Shown: positions 8,342 to 10,291 of the stretch, piece by piece | Layout: every line of letters starts with the position of its first letter | Position numbering within the stretch: position 1 is the first letter of the stretch | NCBI GenBank assembly: GCA_046583315.1 | Contig: JAYGCN010000219.1 | Coordinates: 1 to 10,291 of the forward strand | DNA length: 10,291 nt | Source of the DNA: Candidatus Hydrogenedentota bacterium | Lineage (GTDB): Bacteria; Hydrogenedentota; Hydrogenedentia; Hydrogenedentales; GCA-2746185 | Reading direction: 5' to 3' | The notes under the pieces: generated by a model | Database searches by the model: none | What the model saw: the letters and a program-made list of their open reading frames with translations, nothing else | Told to the model about the DNA's origin: nothing | Position numbers and translations under genes: made by a program

Positions 8342-9304
8342 ATGAAACTTTCGCATGTCCTCCTCTTCGCCATTATCATTATCCCCCTCATTCCCCTCGT
8401 CCTCCTCGGTGCCATCTGGGCAACGTATAAACAGATATTCATTAGTCGAAAACTAGGTATTTCGGCAACCGGAGCCGACATGCTAAATAGCCGTTGGATA
8501 ATGCACATCACCGGGCAGCGAGACGATGAATATACCTACGCGTTGCTCGCAGTACTGCCCAACGCCTCCCGAGCAGCCCTTTGGGCCACGATGTTTCCGG
8601 TCTGGCTCAACTACCGCCTCACAGGACACGTGCATGGTTCCCTCTCCGTTCCTCCTGAAGGACACGAAAGCATCGCAACCTTCATCTACGGGCGGACCAT
8701 CTTCTTTGATGAACTTTTCGAAAGACATCTCGATACCATGGAGCAAGTCGTGTTCCTAGGTGCCGGATGCGACACCCGCGCCTTCAAGTTCTGCCAACGA
8801 GACGGTCTTTCCGTCTTCGAACTCGATCGGGCCAAGACACAACAAGTAAAAATCGAAGCGTTGGGCAGAGCCGGACTAAATTCCGACTTCATCACGTTCG
8901 TCCCGGTCGATTTCGCTGACAAGCAATGGCACGAAAGACTACTTGAAAGCGGATTCGATTCCAACAAGAAAACCTTGTTCCTTTGGGAAGGCGTGACCCT
9001 CTATCTGTACGAAGCCGACGTCTTGGCGTCACTACAATCCATCGCCACGATCGGTGCGCCCGGAAGTATTCTCGCTTGCGATATCTACGACGATTCCTTC
9101 CTCGCTACCGCCAAGAAAGGCGAATGGATACTCAAACTCACCAAAGAGACCCTGCACTACTCCCTCGACCTCAAGACGGATCCACGAACCACCATCGGCA
9201 CCCTGCTCAACGACGCAGACCTCAGCCTCCAACACGTCCACCTCGGCGGAGAAGCCACCAAAAAAGGCACCATGGTCGCGCTCATCGAAGCGTCCATCCC
9301 CTGA
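8342..9304 (+). CDS. Class I SAM-dependent methyltransferase (leucine carboxyl methyltransferase / TIGR00027-like)
   Basis: RTIFFDE, QVVFLGAGCDTRAF, VFELD, FVPVDF and TLFLWEGVTLYL motifs; 320 aa with a hydrophobic N-terminus. Confidence 0.88.
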   Translation: MKLSHVLLFAIIIIPLIPLVLLGAIWATYKQIFISRKLGISATGADMLNSRWIMHITGQRDDEYTYALLAVLPNASRAALWATMFPVWLNYRLTGHVHGSLSVPPEGHESIATFIYGRTIFFDELFERHLDTMEQVVFLGAGCDTRAFKFCQRDGLSVFELDRAKTQQVKIEALGRAGLNSDFITFVPVDFADKQWHERLLESGFDSNKKTLFLWEGVTLYLYEADVLASLQSIATIGAPGSILACDIYDDSFLATAKKGEWILKLTKETLHYSLDLKTDPRTTIGTLLNDADLSLQHVHLGGEATKKGTMVALIEASIP

Positions 9305-9340
9305 TCCCCAACCAGCGACGGGAGAAACATGCGCATACTG

Positions 9341-9349
9341 TGGTATACT
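9341..9349 (+). promoter_or_regulatory. Extended -10 element for ssrA
   Basis: TG-G-TATACT, about 60 nt upstream of the mature tmRNA 5' end. Confidence 0.5.
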
Positions 9350-9409
9350 CCATGTAAGAAGCGATCCAATCGCATCAACCTTCACCGCGAAGGACATTTC
9401 CCATTGTAT

Positions 9410-9766
9410 GGGGGCGTCACGGTTTCGACGGGGGTGGTAGACGCGTAGATGGCGTGCCGAGGACTCCGGTGGCCTCGTAAAAAACCGGAACTGTTATAAT
9501 TGCAGAACCAGAAATGGCTCTTGCCGCCTAACTATAGGTAGCCGTCTTACCCCTGACTACTCGCTAAGGGGCTAAGGCGACGATAGCGAGTCTCGGAGCG
9601 ACGACCCCGATGGAAGGTCCCGCCGAGAGTATCGATTCCACCTAGCGACCTTTCGTAGCGAGTTCGACGCGACTTAAGGCGGCGAATCCCAAATGACGAA
9701 CTACGCACGTAGAAATTTACGAAGACGCACTTTCGGACGCGGGTTCGACTCCCGCCGCCTCCACCA
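9410..9766 (+). ncRNA. ssrA: tmRNA (transfer-messenger RNA), one-piece, 357 nt
   Basis: 5' GGGGGCG pairs with 3' CGCCTCC-ACCA and includes the G3:U70-type alanine identity pair. 5' GGTTTCGAC motif, and 3' T-arm GCGGG-TTCGACT-CCCGC. The tag ORF at 9502-9531 follows ATAATT and reads GCA GAA CCA GAA ATG GCT CTT GCC GCC TAA = AEPEMALAA. Confidence 0.97.
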
Positions 9767-10067
9767 ACTCAAAATCACTGTAACCATTTGACGGGTAATT
9801 AGTTACGCTGAGCCCATCAAATCCCACCGCATCTGATTGCACATCTATTGCACAGTTTCGCCCAAAACCGATGCGATTGGAGATGGATTCGGTGATGGCA
9901 GCAAGTCGCGCGCTGCGACTACGCGCGTAGGTATTCATCGTGATATTGGCGTCCGCATGGCGCATCAGTGATTGACCCTCTTTTAGGTTTGCCCCTTCTT
10001 CAAACACCATTGTAGCGAACGCGGTTCGCAATGCATGAAAATCAACCTTCCCCTCGTCCGCGTAGGG
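9717..10067 (-). pseudogene. Tyrosine recombinase/integrase C-terminal remnant
   Basis: The frame extends upstream of the ORF-track start to PYADEGKVDFHALRTAFAT...GANLKEGQSLMRHADANITMNTY, which contains the HxLR, H and catalytic Y of box II. All three minus-strand frames have stops within 10068-10089, so the N-terminal part is missing here. Confidence 0.85.
9831..9854 (+). repeat. Tandem direct repeat ATTGCACA x2 (11-bp period), candidate integrase arm-type sites
   Basis: ATCTGATTGCACATCTATTGCACA, with copies at 9836-9843 and 9847-9854, 70-90 bp from the ssrA end. Confidence 0.55.
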
Positions 10068-10247
10068 TCAAAAAACTCAGCCTAAGTCATTTTGTGAGGG
10101 TGTTTTTATTATAGCCGGGCGCGATTCAGCATGATTGTTAGTGTAGCTTCCGACGAAACATGAGGGCGTTGGCTACTCTCACCTCGTCCAGTCATCCACC
10201 CTCCCCTGCGTCAACACCTGTTCCTTGCAAGGGTGGCACTGCTGCGC

Positions 10248-10291
10248 CTACTTCTTCTTCCCCTTACACTTCGGACACCAGAATTGACCGA
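10248..10291 (-). CDS. Possible 3' end of a gene entering from outside the window (CxxC-containing C-terminus)
   Basis: Minus strand reads GQFWCPKCKGKKK-stop (TAG at 10250-10248). Only 13 codons are visible. Confidence 0.3.
   Translation of the reverse strand, partial: GQFWCPKCKGKKK

Larger units (their letters stand above)
9767..10291. mobile_element. Edge of a probably decayed integrative element/genomic island inserted at the ssrA 3' end
   Basis: The integrase remnant abuts ssrA, no terminator hairpin is seen after ssrA, and arm-like repeats are present. ssrA is an established integration hotspot. The far boundary is not visible in the window. Confidence 0.7.

Noticed and set aside
10065..10086. 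Tn3-like inverted repeat (GGGTC...AAAACTCAGCCTAAG)
   Set aside because: Only 22 bp from GGG to TAAG instead of about 38 bp, with no partner repeat or transposase visible.

Overview
Bacterial chromosomal window made up mostly of housekeeping and metabolic genes. In order: a partial Zn-dependent alcohol dehydrogenase (-), a secreted NIPSNAP-like protein, a class V (alanine/serine-glyoxylate) aminotransferase, a small membrane protein, ketopantoate reductase, a lipoprotein (-), a frameshifted PaiB-like FMN-binding protein, a small membrane protein, a TPR protein (-), aroB (-), tRNA-Pro(UGG), a CPXCG-type zinc-ribbon protein, an LCM/TIGR00027-like SAM methyltransferase and tmRNA (ssrA; tag AEPEMALAA). 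Directly after ssrA is the edge of a decayed integrative element: the C-terminal remnant of a tyrosine integrase whose reading frame runs antisense into the ssrA 3' end, with arm-type-like direct repeats beside the presumed att site. I see no clearly new multi-gene system. The most interesting signals are the ssrA/integrase junction, a near-consensus promoter pointing antisense through tRNA-Pro towards aroB, two adjacent apparently leaderless genes, and two possible lesions (the paiB frameshift and an Asn-to-Ser change in a PanE motif). All calls come from reading motifs by eye; no database searches were run.
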